64,000 nt of DNA, taken from the IMG/VR virus record IMGVR_UViG_3300008117_000469; one strand, 5' to 3'. The position numbers were made by a program, and so were the translations under genes. Position 1 is the first letter of the stretch. Each line of letters begins with the position of its first letter. This DNA is from an uncultured virus (IMG/VR IMGVR_UViG_3300008117_000469) (taxonomy: Duplodnaviria; Heunggongvirae; Uroviricota; Caudoviricetes). The notes under the pieces are model-generated. The model did no database searches, was not told where the DNA came from, and saw nothing but the letters and a program-made list of their open reading frames with translations. Shown one piece after another: positions 43,669 to 53,752 of this stretch.

Positions 43669-44622
43669 TCATATTGCATTAACTTTTTTCTTAATTTCCA
43701 AAGACTTTATTGTTTCTGGAGTTGTAATAGATCCGTTGCCATTATCTTGGCCATTATATAAGGAATCCACTGAAGATGCTTCAATTGAAAATATAATTTT
43801 TGTACTATCTGTGTATTTTTTAAGAGAATTAATATCTTTTTGTAAAATTTCGGGAACAATATATCCATTTAGTCTAATATTAAAAGTACTTCTAACAATT
43901 CGTTCATCGTCCTGAGCTAACTCAGTTTGGAATCCGAATGAATCAATCATTGTTTTAAATTTATATCTTTGAGGGTCACCCCAGTATGAGTCTGAAGCGT
44001 AGTTTATGGCTTCAACAATTTTGTTAAGTTGCTCAACATAGTACGTAAATACCGCACAACTATACGTTATAGTAACATAATCAGGAATCACCGTAGCATA
44101 GAATTGTCTTTCAGGAGTCCTGTTTGTTAACACTTTAAAATTATCATATGAGTTATTAGCATCATATTTTTTCTGTGAGATACTATAGTTATGAGGATTA
44201 TTAGCGTCTAATTTATTACCAATAGATCTAACTTTTTCCATTGATTCACGTTTAAACATAATTAACGGAGCCATAATATCTCCTTTTTGATCTCTATAGT
44301 ATCCATCTTTTTGGAATGATTTCCATTTTTCAGGAGAACCATAAATTACAGGAACAGGTAAACGAGCACCATTTTGTGTAACAGAAGGTTGTATTACATT
44401 TTCAAAGTAATAATACACAGCTTCATCGATATCTTTGATACCAATACTAAAAGGTTTTACGTTATCATCGCGAAATGACGTTTGTAGAGAACGATTAATC
44501 CCAGGGACATTGGGGTCGGCGAAGTTTGGATTACCCGCAGGTACATACGTTGATTTATGTTGTTCAACGCTAATTTCACGTTGGGTTTTTGGGGTTGGTT
44601 TATTTAGTCTTCCGTTACTCAT
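43669..44622 (-). CDS. tail completion / sheath stabiliser (gp15-like)
   Basis: VPVIYGSPEKW, PLIMF.R, P.YV.I.Y, R.....F.I...GYI; follows the neck genes. Confidence 0.7.
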   Translation of the reverse strand: MSNGRLNKPTPKTQREISVEQHKSTYVPAGNPNFADPNVPGINRSLQTSFRDDNVKPFSIGIKDIDEAVYYYFENVIQPSVTQNGARLPVPVIYGSPEKWKSFQKDGYYRDQKGDIMAPLIMFKRESMEKVRSIGNKLDANNPHNYSISQKKYDANNSYDNFKVLTNRTPERQFYATVIPDYVTITYSCAVFTYYVEQLNKIVEAINYASDSYWGDPQRYKFKTMIDSFGFQTELAQDDERIVRSTFNIRLNGYIVPEILQKDINSLKKYTDSTKIIFSIEASSVDSLYNGQDNGNGSITTPETIKSLEIKKKVNAI

Positions 44623-45143
44623 TACATTCTAGATAATTGAATATTTACTTTGTCAGATGGAGTGTAGTGAGCTTCACAAATTACTGATACATTGTAACCA
44701 AATTGGCCTAAATCAGTTTCATATGGGTTATTTCCAGCACCATCTAAATAAGGATAATCAGGATCTTTACCTACGAAGAATTGACTAACATTTACATTAT
44801 CTATTTCCCAATACCCTTCTTGCCACATTATTATATCTCCTACTTCAGGATGTAAATTAGCATCAACTAAATCATCTCTTAAAAATCTAAAAGTAGTAGG
44901 CCATTTAAATCCAACACCAAATTCACTTACTGGCGATGTTTGGTCTGATACTTCAATTAAAGAAAATAATAAGACTGGATCTGCAAAGTTTCTACCTTCA
45001 TATGCTTCACCATACATATTTACTTTAGTTGTTGTAACATTATATTTATAAAACACTATTTGTTCAGAAATAATATTCCACATCAATTCACGATTAATGA
45101 ATCGAAACATAGAAATATCTCGCATTTGTCCGTATAGTGCCAT
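44622..45143 (-). CDS. neck / head-closure protein (gp14-like)
   Basis: NMYGEA, PEVGDII.W...YWEI; adjacent to gp13-like gene. Confidence 0.7.
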   Translation of the reverse strand: MALYGQMRDISMFRFINRELMWNIISEQIVFYKYNVTTTKVNMYGEAYEGRNFADPVLLFSLIEVSDQTSPVSEFGVGFKWPTTFRFLRDDLVDANLHPEVGDIIMWQEGYWEIDNVNVSQFFVGKDPDYPYLDGAGNNPYETDLGQFGYNVSVICEAHYTPSDKVNIQLSRM

Positions 45144-45144
45144 A

Positions 45145-46377
45145 TTATCCTATAAATATTGTCATTGGTACTTGTTTAATTTCTTCAACTCTAGCAACTG
45201 ATTCTGCTGCTCTTCTTTCAAGCAATGCTTGACGTGAAGTTTGATCAAAATAATCTCTTAATCTTGTAATTAAAGCTTCTTGATCTGCAATACCTTGTGT
45301 AGCTAAAGAGTCACCGTTTAAGGTTACTTCAGCTCCAGGAATAGGAATTTGAGAATACTTGTTACGAGTTAAACCTAACATTTCTTTAGCTTTAGCTAAA
45401 GTATACTCAAATATCCAACTTCTACCTATTGAATTAATTTTAGCATAAGTTGGATTCATATACGGTGCATTTGATGTATTACTAATTTTATTAGTACCAT
45501 CAGCAAAAGCAGCATCAATTCTATCTTGAATTTTGATAAAATCAAATATTAAATAATGCCCATATCCTAAATCATTTCCTCCATCAAAATCATCCCCAGT
45601 CATTCCAGTACCAGGAACAGGAAATACAGATATAATGTTGTTTACAATATTAAATGTATAATTTGATAATGTTACAGTATTTTGCATTTCAATAGCTTGC
45701 AAGTTTTGCATTGTAAAACTTGTAGGCATCATCAAATAATTTGCGTAACCATATCCAAATCCATAAAATCCTAAAGGAGGAACACCACCTAAACCACCTT
45801 GACCTGTCATTAAGGTTGGTGAATATAATTGATTAATTGCTGGGGGTGGTTGATAGAATACATTTTTTATTTCTATACCACCTGTAATTCCTAATTCATC
45901 AGCCCATAATGATAAATCATAATCTTGTACTCCGGGAATTAATTTAAGTTGACCTTTAAACCAAGTTACATTACCACCGGCTCCTGCTTCTTCACCATAT
46001 TGTTGAGACAATCTAACAATAGTAGCCATTGTAGGAGTAAATACAGAATTATTTACATCAATTCTATCCGAAGCTCCTTCTAAAGATAAGTAATTATCTC
46101 TTAATTGGAAAGCATATAATTCATTTCCGTATACTGTTACTGCTTCTTCAAAAGCAGCGAAGAAATTTATTTCTTGTAATTCGACGTTTTCAATAGGATA
46201 ACCTAAATGTAAAGCACAAAAGTTAGAAACCTTATTGGCATCTGTTTTGAATTCAGGGTCATTATCATAAAATCCAAATGGAGTAGGAGGAGGCCAACTT
46301 CCTGTTACATAGTAAGAAGAAGATACAGTAGCAAATGATGCTGAACCGGGCCAAATTGGAATTACTGTAGATGCCAT
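45145..46377 (-). CDS. neck / head-tail adaptor protein (gp13-like)
   Basis: LGYP..NVEL, WI..YTLA.AKEMLG..R.KY..IP.PG..VTLNG, terminal P..IFIG. Confidence 0.82.
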   Translation of the reverse strand: MASTVIPIWPGSASFATVSSSYYVTGSWPPPTPFGFYDNDPEFKTDANKVSNFCALHLGYPIENVELQEINFFAAFEEAVTVYGNELYAFQLRDNYLSLEGASDRIDVNNSVFTPTMATIVRLSQQYGEEAGAGGNVTWFKGQLKLIPGVQDYDLSLWADELGITGGIEIKNVFYQPPPAINQLYSPTLMTGQGGLGGVPPLGFYGFGYGYANYLMMPTSFTMQNLQAIEMQNTVTLSNYTFNIVNNIISVFPVPGTGMTGDDFDGGNDLGYGHYLIFDFIKIQDRIDAAFADGTNKISNTSNAPYMNPTYAKINSIGRSWIFEYTLAKAKEMLGLTRNKYSQIPIPGAEVTLNGDSLATQGIADQEALITRLRDYFDQTSRQALLERRAAESVARVEEIKQVPMTIFIG

Positions 46378-46384
46378 AATTTAT

Positions 46385-46810
46385 TTAAGTTGTTGCAATA
46401 TAATATTCTATACTTCCACTACTACCTGATGGGGATACTTTAACTGATTTGATATCATCAAAAGATAAACCGCTAGTACTTCCAGTCATTTTACTTGTTG
46501 ATAACATATATGAACTACCTGTTGTAATTAGGTAACTCATTGCCTCAGTTGAAGAAGAAATGATTAATTTAACAGGAACATTTGTTTGAGCTGTATTAGT
46601 TACTCTTATATATCTAATACTACTTGTTACAAAAGTACCTGCTCCTGGAACTGAATCCAGATTAAAAATAGTAGTAACTGAACCTGATGGGATGCTTAGA
46701 GATCGGTTATCTAAATAGTTAATACCATTGATAGTGTTAATATATGAAGCTCCTACATCTTCTCCATCAAGAGTTAGTATTTCATAAATTTGAGTAGTTA
46801 AAGTGGCCAT
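46385..46810 (-). CDS. hypothetical Ser/Thr-rich virion protein
   Basis: ORF track; beta-rich composition; late motif upstream. Confidence 0.7.
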   Translation of the reverse strand: MATLTTQIYEILTLDGEDVGASYINTINGINYLDNRSLSIPSGSVTTIFNLDSVPGAGTFVTSSIRYIRVTNTAQTNVPVKLIISSSTEAMSYLITTGSSYMLSTSKMTGSTSGLSFDDIKSVKVSPSGSSGSIEYYIATT

Positions 46811-46851
46811 GCTTTTTTATAATAAATATTAAAAAGCTATGGTTCCTTTCC

Positions 46852-47586
46852 TTACTTTTTAGCTTTTCCACTTGTTCCTGCTGAGCCGGTAGTAATTCCT
46901 ATTTCAGCGGCTTCTTCATATATTTGTAACAAATCATCAACAATAGGATCTCTATGATTTTGTTTTAAAGTAATGGCACACATATTTTTTATTTTACGTG
47001 CTGCTGTATATAAAAATCTAAATCCAGAATCGCGTTTTGCTTTTAAGTCAACTTGATAATCATCACCACAAACAATCATTTTTGAACGAAGACCAATACG
47101 TGTAGCAATCATTTCCATTTGTTCATGAGTAACGTTTTGTGCCTCATCAACAATAATACAAGAATCTAAAAATGTTCTACCACGCATAAATGCTAAAGGT
47201 ACAATTTCTATTTTACCATCCTCAATAAGTTTTTCTACTTTTTCTTTATCATAAAGAGAATACATATTTTGGTAAATTGGTTGTACCCAAGGATCCATTT
47301 TTTCTCTTAAATCGCCTGGGAGAAATCCAATTTCTTCTCTTGATACAGTTGGACGAGTAATTATAATTTTTTCAAAATGTCTTCTTAATAACCCATCTAA
47401 TGCAATTTGACAAGCAAGTAATGTTTTTCCTGAACCTGCTCGACCAGCTAAAATAGTTAATGTATTTTTTAATATTTCGTCTTTAGCGTTTTTTTGTTCT
47501 TCGTTTAAAGGAATTTTAAATTTAATAGGGTTTTTCACTATTCTTTTTTCTCTAAATACCTCGTCGGTATGATGGTTTGATGTCAT
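46852..47586 (-). CDS. phoH: PhoH-like ATPase
   Basis: GRAGSGKT, ITRP, GFLPGDL.EK, FMRGRTF, DEAQN, RIG, GD..Q.D, HR. Confidence 0.95.
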   Translation of the reverse strand: MTSNHHTDEVFREKRIVKNPIKFKIPLNEEQKNAKDEILKNTLTILAGRAGSGKTLLACQIALDGLLRRHFEKIIITRPTVSREEIGFLPGDLREKMDPWVQPIYQNMYSLYDKEKVEKLIEDGKIEIVPLAFMRGRTFLDSCIIVDEAQNVTHEQMEMIATRIGLRSKMIVCGDDYQVDLKAKRDSGFRFLYTAARKIKNMCAITLKQNHRDPIVDDLLQIYEEAAEIGITTGSAGTSGKAKK

Positions 47587-48301
47587 CGTCTTTTAAATTA
47601 ATTTTTACTAATTTATCGAGACCTGCGTTAACATGCATTGCGTCATCTAATACAAGCTCGAAATTAAATCTTTCATCCAAAGGTAGAACTAAATCTACTT
47701 GGGAACCCCATCTGATTAAACTAAATCTCTCATTTTGAGCACATAAGTCCATTTGGTGTTTGAAGGGTGCAATTACGTTTACATCCTCATCGGCTATTTG
47801 TATTAGATAGTATGTGTAATCTAGAGAAGGAACATACACTTGGTTAAACATTCGTTCGTTATATTTCAAATAATCCATATTATTAGGATTGATTACCTTA
47901 TTCAAGATATCCTTCTCAACCGCTAACATAGGTTTATTTGTTGATTCAATAGGTTCTAAATGTTTATATTTAAGGATTCCACCATAAGGTATACGGTTTA
48001 TATGAACGTCATAAAATGACATAAATATACCTATAACTAAAGATGGTTTATTATAATCATCGTCACCCATTACGTCTTTTAAGGTATAATTCATACCTTT
48101 AATCTCCACAACTGATTCATCAGGTTGAACTACTTTTTGATACAAAATAGTACCATCAGCAGGACTGTAGAAATGTTCCCAATCAATATAATTTGGGCGT
48201 AGGGGATCTCTAAAGAAAAATGTATTTGATAATTCTCCTACGGGAAGTTTTTGTAATTCTTTAACTTCACCGTTTAGCCAATCTTCTAATCTTTGAGCCA
48301 T
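47552..48301 (-). CDS. phosphatidylserine decarboxylase-family (pyruvoyl-dependent) proenzyme, apparently soluble
   Basis: FFFRDP.R, SPADG, IFMS.YDVHINR.P..G and WGSQ self-cleavage site; no hydrophobic N-terminal anchor. Confidence 0.85.
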   Translation of the reverse strand: MAQRLEDWLNGEVKELQKLPVGELSNTFFFRDPLRPNYIDWEHFYSPADGTILYQKVVQPDESVVEIKGMNYTLKDVMGDDDYNKPSLVIGIFMSFYDVHINRIPYGGILKYKHLEPIESTNKPMLAVEKDILNKVINPNNMDYLKYNERMFNQVYVPSLDYTYYLIQIADEDVNVIAPFKHQMDLCAQNERFSLIRWGSQVDLVLPLDERFNFELVLDDAMHVNAGLDKLVKINLKDDDIKPSYRRGI

Positions 48302-49215
48302 TACAGTAAAGTTTTATTGTGATCTATTCTATTCAAATGCATTACCATACAAGATAACATAGCACCTGATTTCATGTATTCTGATAGGTTAAATAACACA
48401 GGTTCCATACCAGCATCAGAACAAATTTTTTCTAATGAATTAATTTTATGTTTTTCCATTTCATAATACTCATCTGTTTTTTTCATTTCAGAGATATTTG
48501 AAGCACATAAAATCATATTACCCATTCTTACTGAGTTGGTCATTCCGCATAAAGCATCATCTACATCAACATCAATAATTTCTGTGTATTTTTCTATTTC
48601 TCTAAGTTCTTGAGGATCGAACAATTCAGTAGAAACTAATGTTTGATCACCATTAAGTGGGAAAATTGAACAATCTAAGTGATACAAATATTCATCAGTC
48701 ATAGCTAATTTAATAATATTCATATCAAATTCTTTTTCCATCCACTCATACGTTTTTATGTTTGAACGAATGCCGTATCCACCTATATATACATTATCAT
48801 ATAGGTATTTGATGTCTGCCTCGCCTTCCCATTTGAACGGCGATATAAACGTATCATAACCCATCATATCAAAGAATTTTTTACCGACCAGCTCCTCACC
48901 TTTACGTGGATCTGATGTGTAATTAGAAAGTAAAACTGTATTTCTATCTTTTAAATGGGGTAATTGTAGACCTAAATTAGCTACATAAACTTGATCTTGA
49001 AAATTACCTTCTGAAGGTAAAAGATAAACTAAAGATTGACCTGACATGAAGTTGTACAAGTCCATAAATTGTTTATAAGCTTTTGGTTTATTAATTGTTA
49101 AATCCTCATCAGATAATTCTTGCATCCAAATATTATTAGGATCAGATGTTGATAAGGTGAAGGGGAAGTTCATTACATAACTTTGTAAAGGCAACTGACT
49201 TGGGGTTTCTTTCAT
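48301..49215 (-). CDS. pentein-fold guanidino-group hydrolase / amidinotransferase (DDAH/arginine dihydrolase-like)
   Basis: DQVYVAN, R.GE, EGEAD, G.RS, YHLDC and KSGAMLSC (catalytic Cys). Confidence 0.85.
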   Translation of the reverse strand: MKETPSQLPLQSYVMNFPFTLSTSDPNNIWMQELSDEDLTINKPKAYKQFMDLYNFMSGQSLVYLLPSEGNFQDQVYVANLGLQLPHLKDRNTVLLSNYTSDPRKGEELVGKKFFDMMGYDTFISPFKWEGEADIKYLYDNVYIGGYGIRSNIKTYEWMEKEFDMNIIKLAMTDEYLYHLDCSIFPLNGDQTLVSTELFDPQELREIEKYTEIIDVDVDDALCGMTNSVRMGNMILCASNISEMKKTDEYYEMEKHKINSLEKICSDAGMEPVLFNLSEYMKSGAMLSCMVMHLNRIDHNKTLL

Positions 49216-49276
49216 TTTTAAAAACGTTAGTTTAACTTATTATTCCCATATACATATAGTAGGAATACCTATAAGT

Positions 49277-49307
49277 AAAAAAGGCCTAGAAAACTCTAGG
49301 CCTCTCT
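49277..49307 (-). terminator. rho-independent terminator
   Basis: AGGCCTAGA-GTTT-TCTAGGCCT followed by a T run on the minus strand. Confidence 0.8.
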
Positions 49308-49324
49308 TTAAAAGTTTTTTAATT

Positions 49325-49963
49325 TTAGTATATTTTATTTAAAACAAAAATATCTGAGTATATTGCGTTGTCTGTAGAGTTAGAATTGAATTGGGCTGTA
49401 ACGTTTAAAGTATTGGGAATTGTAGTATTAAAAGTTGTATTATTAACAGTATTGAAAGCAAATCCTGTTTGAGAATTATTAGACTGTTTTGTGCTATGGA
49501 ACACCCCTAAAGATACAATAGATGCAACACCAGGACCACCTAATGTTCTAACTGTAAAATTTACGGAAAGTTGCCAAACATCATCTGTAGCTGCTTGCAT
49601 TGTTTGAGGTAATGAATCTGCTAATATTACGGAACCTGCTTTAACTCTAATTCGAATAGTATCATTATTTTTTGAAGAAAGTAATCCTCCGAAATCTGCT
49701 CGAAAACTATCACCTATTTGAAATCCATTTGCGGGTACACTTAATGTTCCAACACCTCCATTTATTAATGTAGATTCTGTGGTGGTACCAGTTATAGTAG
49801 TGCTATTTGCTGTTTGAGCAAATAATCCATACGAATTTCCTTGAGCGTAAATAACAGAAGAAAGAGGAGTTTGTTTAGTAATTCCTCCTTGAACAACAGC
49901 AAATGAATCTGTTAGTTGTAAAGCACTAGCACTTGGTAATTGGGTTATAGGTAAATTTGGCAT
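49325..49963 (-). CDS. putative capsid-associated fibre/decoration protein
   Basis: N-terminal ITQLP.A.....TD..AVVQGG.TK motif common in phage fibres; Thr/Ser-rich beta domain. Confidence 0.6.
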   Translation of the reverse strand: MPNLPITQLPSASALQLTDSFAVVQGGITKQTPLSSVIYAQGNSYGLFAQTANSTTITGTTTESTLINGGVGTLSVPANGFQIGDSFRADFGGLLSSKNNDTIRIRVKAGSVILADSLPQTMQAATDDVWQLSVNFTVRTLGGPGVASIVSLGVFHSTKQSNNSQTGFAFNTVNNTTFNTTIPNTLNVTAQFNSNSTDNAIYSDIFVLNKIY

Positions 49964-49965
49964 AT

Positions 49966-50421
49966 TTAAAATTCTAATTCAATTAATGATCCGTTTTCTT
50001 GTAATAAATAAAATCCATCTTCTTGTAATAAATTAGCAGGATAATCATATACACTACAAGTATATAAAGTAATATATTCTCCACTTCCACTAACCCATTT
50101 CAATGCAGAATTAATATAAGTAAAAGGAGGTTGAGTAATTCTATATGGTAATCTATTTATAGTATCTAAAACATCAATTGATGTTGTTGTAGTAGTAACA
50201 TAAAATAATGGAGTAGCAGAAGAACTTAATGGGGCATAACTTTGTGTATATGAATCTGTTATAAATGTGTATCCATTAATAGAACATACTTCATACCCCC
50301 ATATTAATCCAAATGATCCTGAACCTACAAAAGATGCGGTAGCATAAGATACGTTACCTTCTTCTATAGTTCCAGATGTTGGAACATTTAAATTATAATT
50401 ATATGATACTAATTTATCCAT
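49966..50421 (-). CDS. putative virion protein with C-terminal LLQE.G..LLQE.G repeat
   Basis: ORF track; LLQEDGFYLLQENG; late motif 4 nt upstream of ATG. Confidence 0.65.
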   Translation of the reverse strand: MDKLVSYNYNLNVPTSGTIEEGNVSYATASFVGSGSFGLIWGYEVCSINGYTFITDSYTQSYAPLSSSATPLFYVTTTTTSIDVLDTINRLPYRITQPPFTYINSALKWVSGSGEYITLYTCSVYDYPANLLQEDGFYLLQENGSLIELEF

Positions 50422-50435
50422 TTATTATAAATATG

Positions 50436-50466
50436 AAAAAAAAGAACCCCGCTTGCGCAGGGTTCA
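50436..50466 (-). terminator. rho-independent terminator after the major capsid gene
   Basis: GAACCCTGC-GCAA-GCGGGGTTC plus T8. Confidence 0.88.
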
Positions 50467-50498
50467 ATTTTCAAAGATTAATCCTTATTTACTTCAGA

Positions 50499-52223
50499 TT
50501 AGATGGTGTTTAAACCATTGATGTAAATCTTACCGTAGAATTCAGGACGTAACATCTTCTTAGCGTAACGAGTCAAGAGACCTTTACGTGGAGTAAATGT
50601 ATCTGGATCGTACACAAGAGGAGTCATAATTAACGGAATGTATGGAGCGAATACAGCACCTGTTTCCAAGAACTGAGAACCTCTATAACCCATAAGGATT
50701 AAGTTTTCAGTCATGTAAGGGTTTTTGTAAACTTTGTAACGACCGTTAACTGCACCAACTTTTTGTACACCGAAAGCGTATTCCATTTGATCAGCTTCAC
50801 CGTTGTTTGTAGAAGCGAATCCTGGGATTGACTCAAGGATAGTAGCGATTGTTGGAGAAGTTACTAAGAAGTTAGCACCTCCACGTAAAGTCAACTGGTG
50901 GATCTTGTTAGATACTTTTTGGATTTTAGTACCTAATGTTTGGAACCACTGACCTTGTGTGTTGTAGAATGCGTTGTTAGTATTTGCTACGAAAGCAGTA
51001 CCAGCATCGTTAAGAACTTCGTTGTTTTTAGCTGACCAGTACTCAGTTGCAGCAGCAGCATCTTCAATCAACATATCTAAGATTTCAAGGTCAATTTCCA
51101 TTGAAATGTACTCAGACATGATGTTTGTTAATTCAGCTTCAGCATCGATGTTTTGGTAAGCAGCTAAATCTTGAGCGAATTCAGGTGTCCATACTGCCTT
51201 CAATTTCTTGGTTTTAGCAGTGATGGCTTGTGATTGCATTCTAACGTTGATCTCTGGGATCTCGATTTGAACGTTTGAAGCGGCGTTAGGTACTGCGAAA
51301 GAACCTGAAGCTTCGAAATCACCACGACCAGAACCACTGTAGTTGTTACCACCTGAGTAAGCAGGGATACCATCTTGTGAACCATTCTTAGTGTATAATA
51401 CTACATAAGAACCAGTGATAGCAGCAGCAGTTAAAGAACTAGTAACGTAGAAGCTAATTGTTCCAGCTGTGTAGTTGTAGCTAGTGAATTGTTGTAAAGT
51501 TGCAGATGCAGGAACAGGACCAGCAGTTGCACTTGAACCTGAATAGATTACGAATCCACGAACTCCATCTTGGTCAAATCCAGTTAAACCTGCTACAGGA
51601 ACTGTTAATTTAATAATATCAGCATCAACGATTGATTGTGAGAAAGCTGAATCGAAATTAACATCTGCGTAAGTAGCTGCTGATGCAGAAGCAACGTTAG
51701 CTAAGTTTACAGAAGCTGAGAATTGGTTAGTTGAGTAAGTGAAACGACCCTCAGGACCACCATATAAACCACCTACAGGAGCTGGAGTAGAGAATGGGAA
51801 TTGAGAAGCTGTGTCTCTGTTACCATAAAGTGAACCACCGGCAGTAAATGGCTGCTTAGTGTTTCCATATTGGAAATCTAAGAAGAACACTAGACCTGAA
51901 GGCATGTTCATTGGTTGAACTGAAACGAATTCTTTAGCTACGATTGTACCGAATACTTTACGTACTAAAGGAAGAGCGATACCAGCCCAGTTCTCACCTT
52001 GACCGTTAGAAACGAAAGTTGAGTTTGAAGAGATAGTATTGTTTTCAGTTACTAATTGTTTTGCTTGGTTTTCTAACAAGATAGACATATTGTTCTTGTC
52101 AACCTCGCCAAGACCTTCAAGAAGACCTGTTTTGGTCCACTTTCCAGCCAATCTAGCAGCATCGCTTTGAAGTGACTTCCATGAGCCAGCTGCGCTTTCG
52201 AGTAATTGTTGTACTTGTGACAT
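50499..52223 (-). CDS. major capsid protein (T4 gp23-like)
   Basis: KW..TGLLEGL, LLENQ, VQPM..PSGLVF, KLKA.WT.E.AQDL, EID.EI, APYIPL, F.P..G..TRY. Confidence 0.96.
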   Translation of the reverse strand: MSQVQQLLESAAGSWKSLQSDAARLAGKWTKTGLLEGLGEVDKNNMSILLENQAKQLVTENNTISSNSTFVSNGQGENWAGIALPLVRKVFGTIVAKEFVSVQPMNMPSGLVFFLDFQYGNTKQPFTAGGSLYGNRDTASQFPFSTPAPVGGLYGGPEGRFTYSTNQFSASVNLANVASASAATYADVNFDSAFSQSIVDADIIKLTVPVAGLTGFDQDGVRGFVIYSGSSATAGPVPASATLQQFTSYNYTAGTISFYVTSSLTAAAITGSYVVLYTKNGSQDGIPAYSGGNNYSGSGRGDFEASGSFAVPNAASNVQIEIPEINVRMQSQAITAKTKKLKAVWTPEFAQDLAAYQNIDAEAELTNIMSEYISMEIDLEILDMLIEDAAAATEYWSAKNNEVLNDAGTAFVANTNNAFYNTQGQWFQTLGTKIQKVSNKIHQLTLRGGANFLVTSPTIATILESIPGFASTNNGEADQMEYAFGVQKVGAVNGRYKVYKNPYMTENLILMGYRGSQFLETGAVFAPYIPLIMTPLVYDPDTFTPRKGLLTRYAKKMLRPEFYGKIYINGLNTI

Positions 52224-52258
52224 TGTTTTTGTTTTTGTTTTTTAAATTTGGGTTAAAA

Positions 52259-53530
52259 TTATTTTTTAATACCGGCTAACGTTTGCCATCTAGCAAATTG
52301 ATCGTTAACTTCTAGAATTGGAGTTTTGTTTGGAGCAATACCTGCAGCTTTAGAAGCACCACCAATCATTGATTCAGTTACAGAGGATTTTTTCTCTTTA
52401 ACTTCAGATGATAAGGTTTCAAATACTAATTTTACTTCTTTTACTGTGGTTGCTTTATCAAAAGCTTCCAATACTTTTGTTTTTTGGTTTTCAGTTAAAT
52501 TCTTAGCTTTGAAGATTTTATTTACGTAAAGAAGTTTTGAATTTAAAAGGTTGATTTCGTTAAGTTCTTTTTTTAACTCTTCAACTTCTTTTTTCATTTC
52601 ATCAACTTCACCTTCGTACATGTCGTCTCCTTCTTTCATAGCTGGTTTTTTACCTTTAATAAGGTCTTTAACGCCTCTGATTTTGTCTTCAGCATAAGCA
52701 GCTGCGATTGAAGCTAAAGGAACTCCAACTACACCTGCAATAGCAGCTAAAATAGCTTCTGCATCTGAAAGACTCATAGCTCCGATATCATATATCTCAG
52801 CTACTTTCTTTTTCTTGTAGTCTTCAACGCCTTCTTCTTCAGCAGTGTCTTTTTTGTCACCACGTTTAGCAGCAGGTACGTCTCCTTTGTTACCACCGTA
52901 CTTTTTACGTTCCATCAAATCGGTTTCTTCTTCGTCTTCGATTTCAACTTCTTCACCTTCTTCTTCTCCACCTTCTATGTTACCCTCTAGTTCCCCAGCG
53001 GCTACCATATCGGCGATTACTGTTTCGATAAATGATTTCAGGTCATCTTCAGACATATTTTCAAGATCAATTTCCTCATCTTCTTCCTCACCCATTTCTA
53101 CTTCTTCCTCTTCAGCTACATTACCATGTGCTGTAGGGCCTTTGGGTTCGTTGATAAGGTCATCTTCACCTTCCATTACGTCTTCTTTTTTTCCTTCTTC
53201 CATTTCATCGAGTTCTCTTAGAAGTTCATCAAGGTCCATTTCGTCAAGTTCTTTACCTTCTTCCATTTCATCAGCTTCATCTACATTGTAAGCTTCATCC
53301 ATTTCTTTGGTTTCGTCCATGTCAAAATTTTCCTTCATTTCCTTCTCGTCTTTTTTAGCTTCTTCGATTTCAGCTTCTTCCATATCATCCATTTCGGCTA
53401 ACTTTGCAGCTAACTTTTCTTTCAGATAAGGAGTAAACGCTTCTTCCAAAGCAGCTTTTGCATTTGCAATAGCAGTTTCTTTAACAGCTTTTGCATCAGC
53501 GATTGCTTCTTTTAGCAGATCTCTGTTCAT
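52259..53530 (-). CDS. prohead scaffolding / core protein
   Basis: Very acidic coiled-coil protein between protease and capsid genes; ends WQTLAGIKK. Confidence 0.8.
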   Translation of the reverse strand: MNRDLLKEAIADAKAVKETAIANAKAALEEAFTPYLKEKLAAKLAEMDDMEEAEIEEAKKDEKEMKENFDMDETKEMDEAYNVDEADEMEEGKELDEMDLDELLRELDEMEEGKKEDVMEGEDDLINEPKGPTAHGNVAEEEEVEMGEEEDEEIDLENMSEDDLKSFIETVIADMVAAGELEGNIEGGEEEGEEVEIEDEEETDLMERKKYGGNKGDVPAAKRGDKKDTAEEEGVEDYKKKKVAEIYDIGAMSLSDAEAILAAIAGVVGVPLASIAAAYAEDKIRGVKDLIKGKKPAMKEGDDMYEGEVDEMKKEVEELKKELNEINLLNSKLLYVNKIFKAKNLTENQKTKVLEAFDKATTVKEVKLVFETLSSEVKEKKSSVTESMIGGASKAAGIAPNKTPILEVNDQFARWQTLAGIKK

Positions 53531-53676
53531 ACTTTTTGTCCTCAAATTAAATGTTGGAAATACGCTTATTATAGATTACTCGAAGCGTAATAAGATTTAT
53601 TAACGTGATGCGATATAAGAAAATCGCATATTACGAATATACATATATGGGGAGTCTTCAAAGTCGCCTTTGCAAT

Positions 53677-53724
53677 AAAAAAAAAAAAGACCCGCAAGCA
53701 GTTCTTATGGTATGCTTACGGGTA
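53677..53724 (-). terminator. rho-independent terminator after the prohead protease gene
   Basis: ACCCGTAAGCA-N12-TGCTTGCGGGT followed by C and T12. Confidence 0.75.
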
Positions 53725-53752
53725 CATTTATTGCCTAAGGTAGCAGGCGTCT

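Noticed and set aside
53690..53752. preQ1 or other riboswitch (suggested by the presence of queC)
   Set aside because: I could not see the preQ1 loop consensus or pseudoknot pairing with an A-rich tail, and the site is far from queC.
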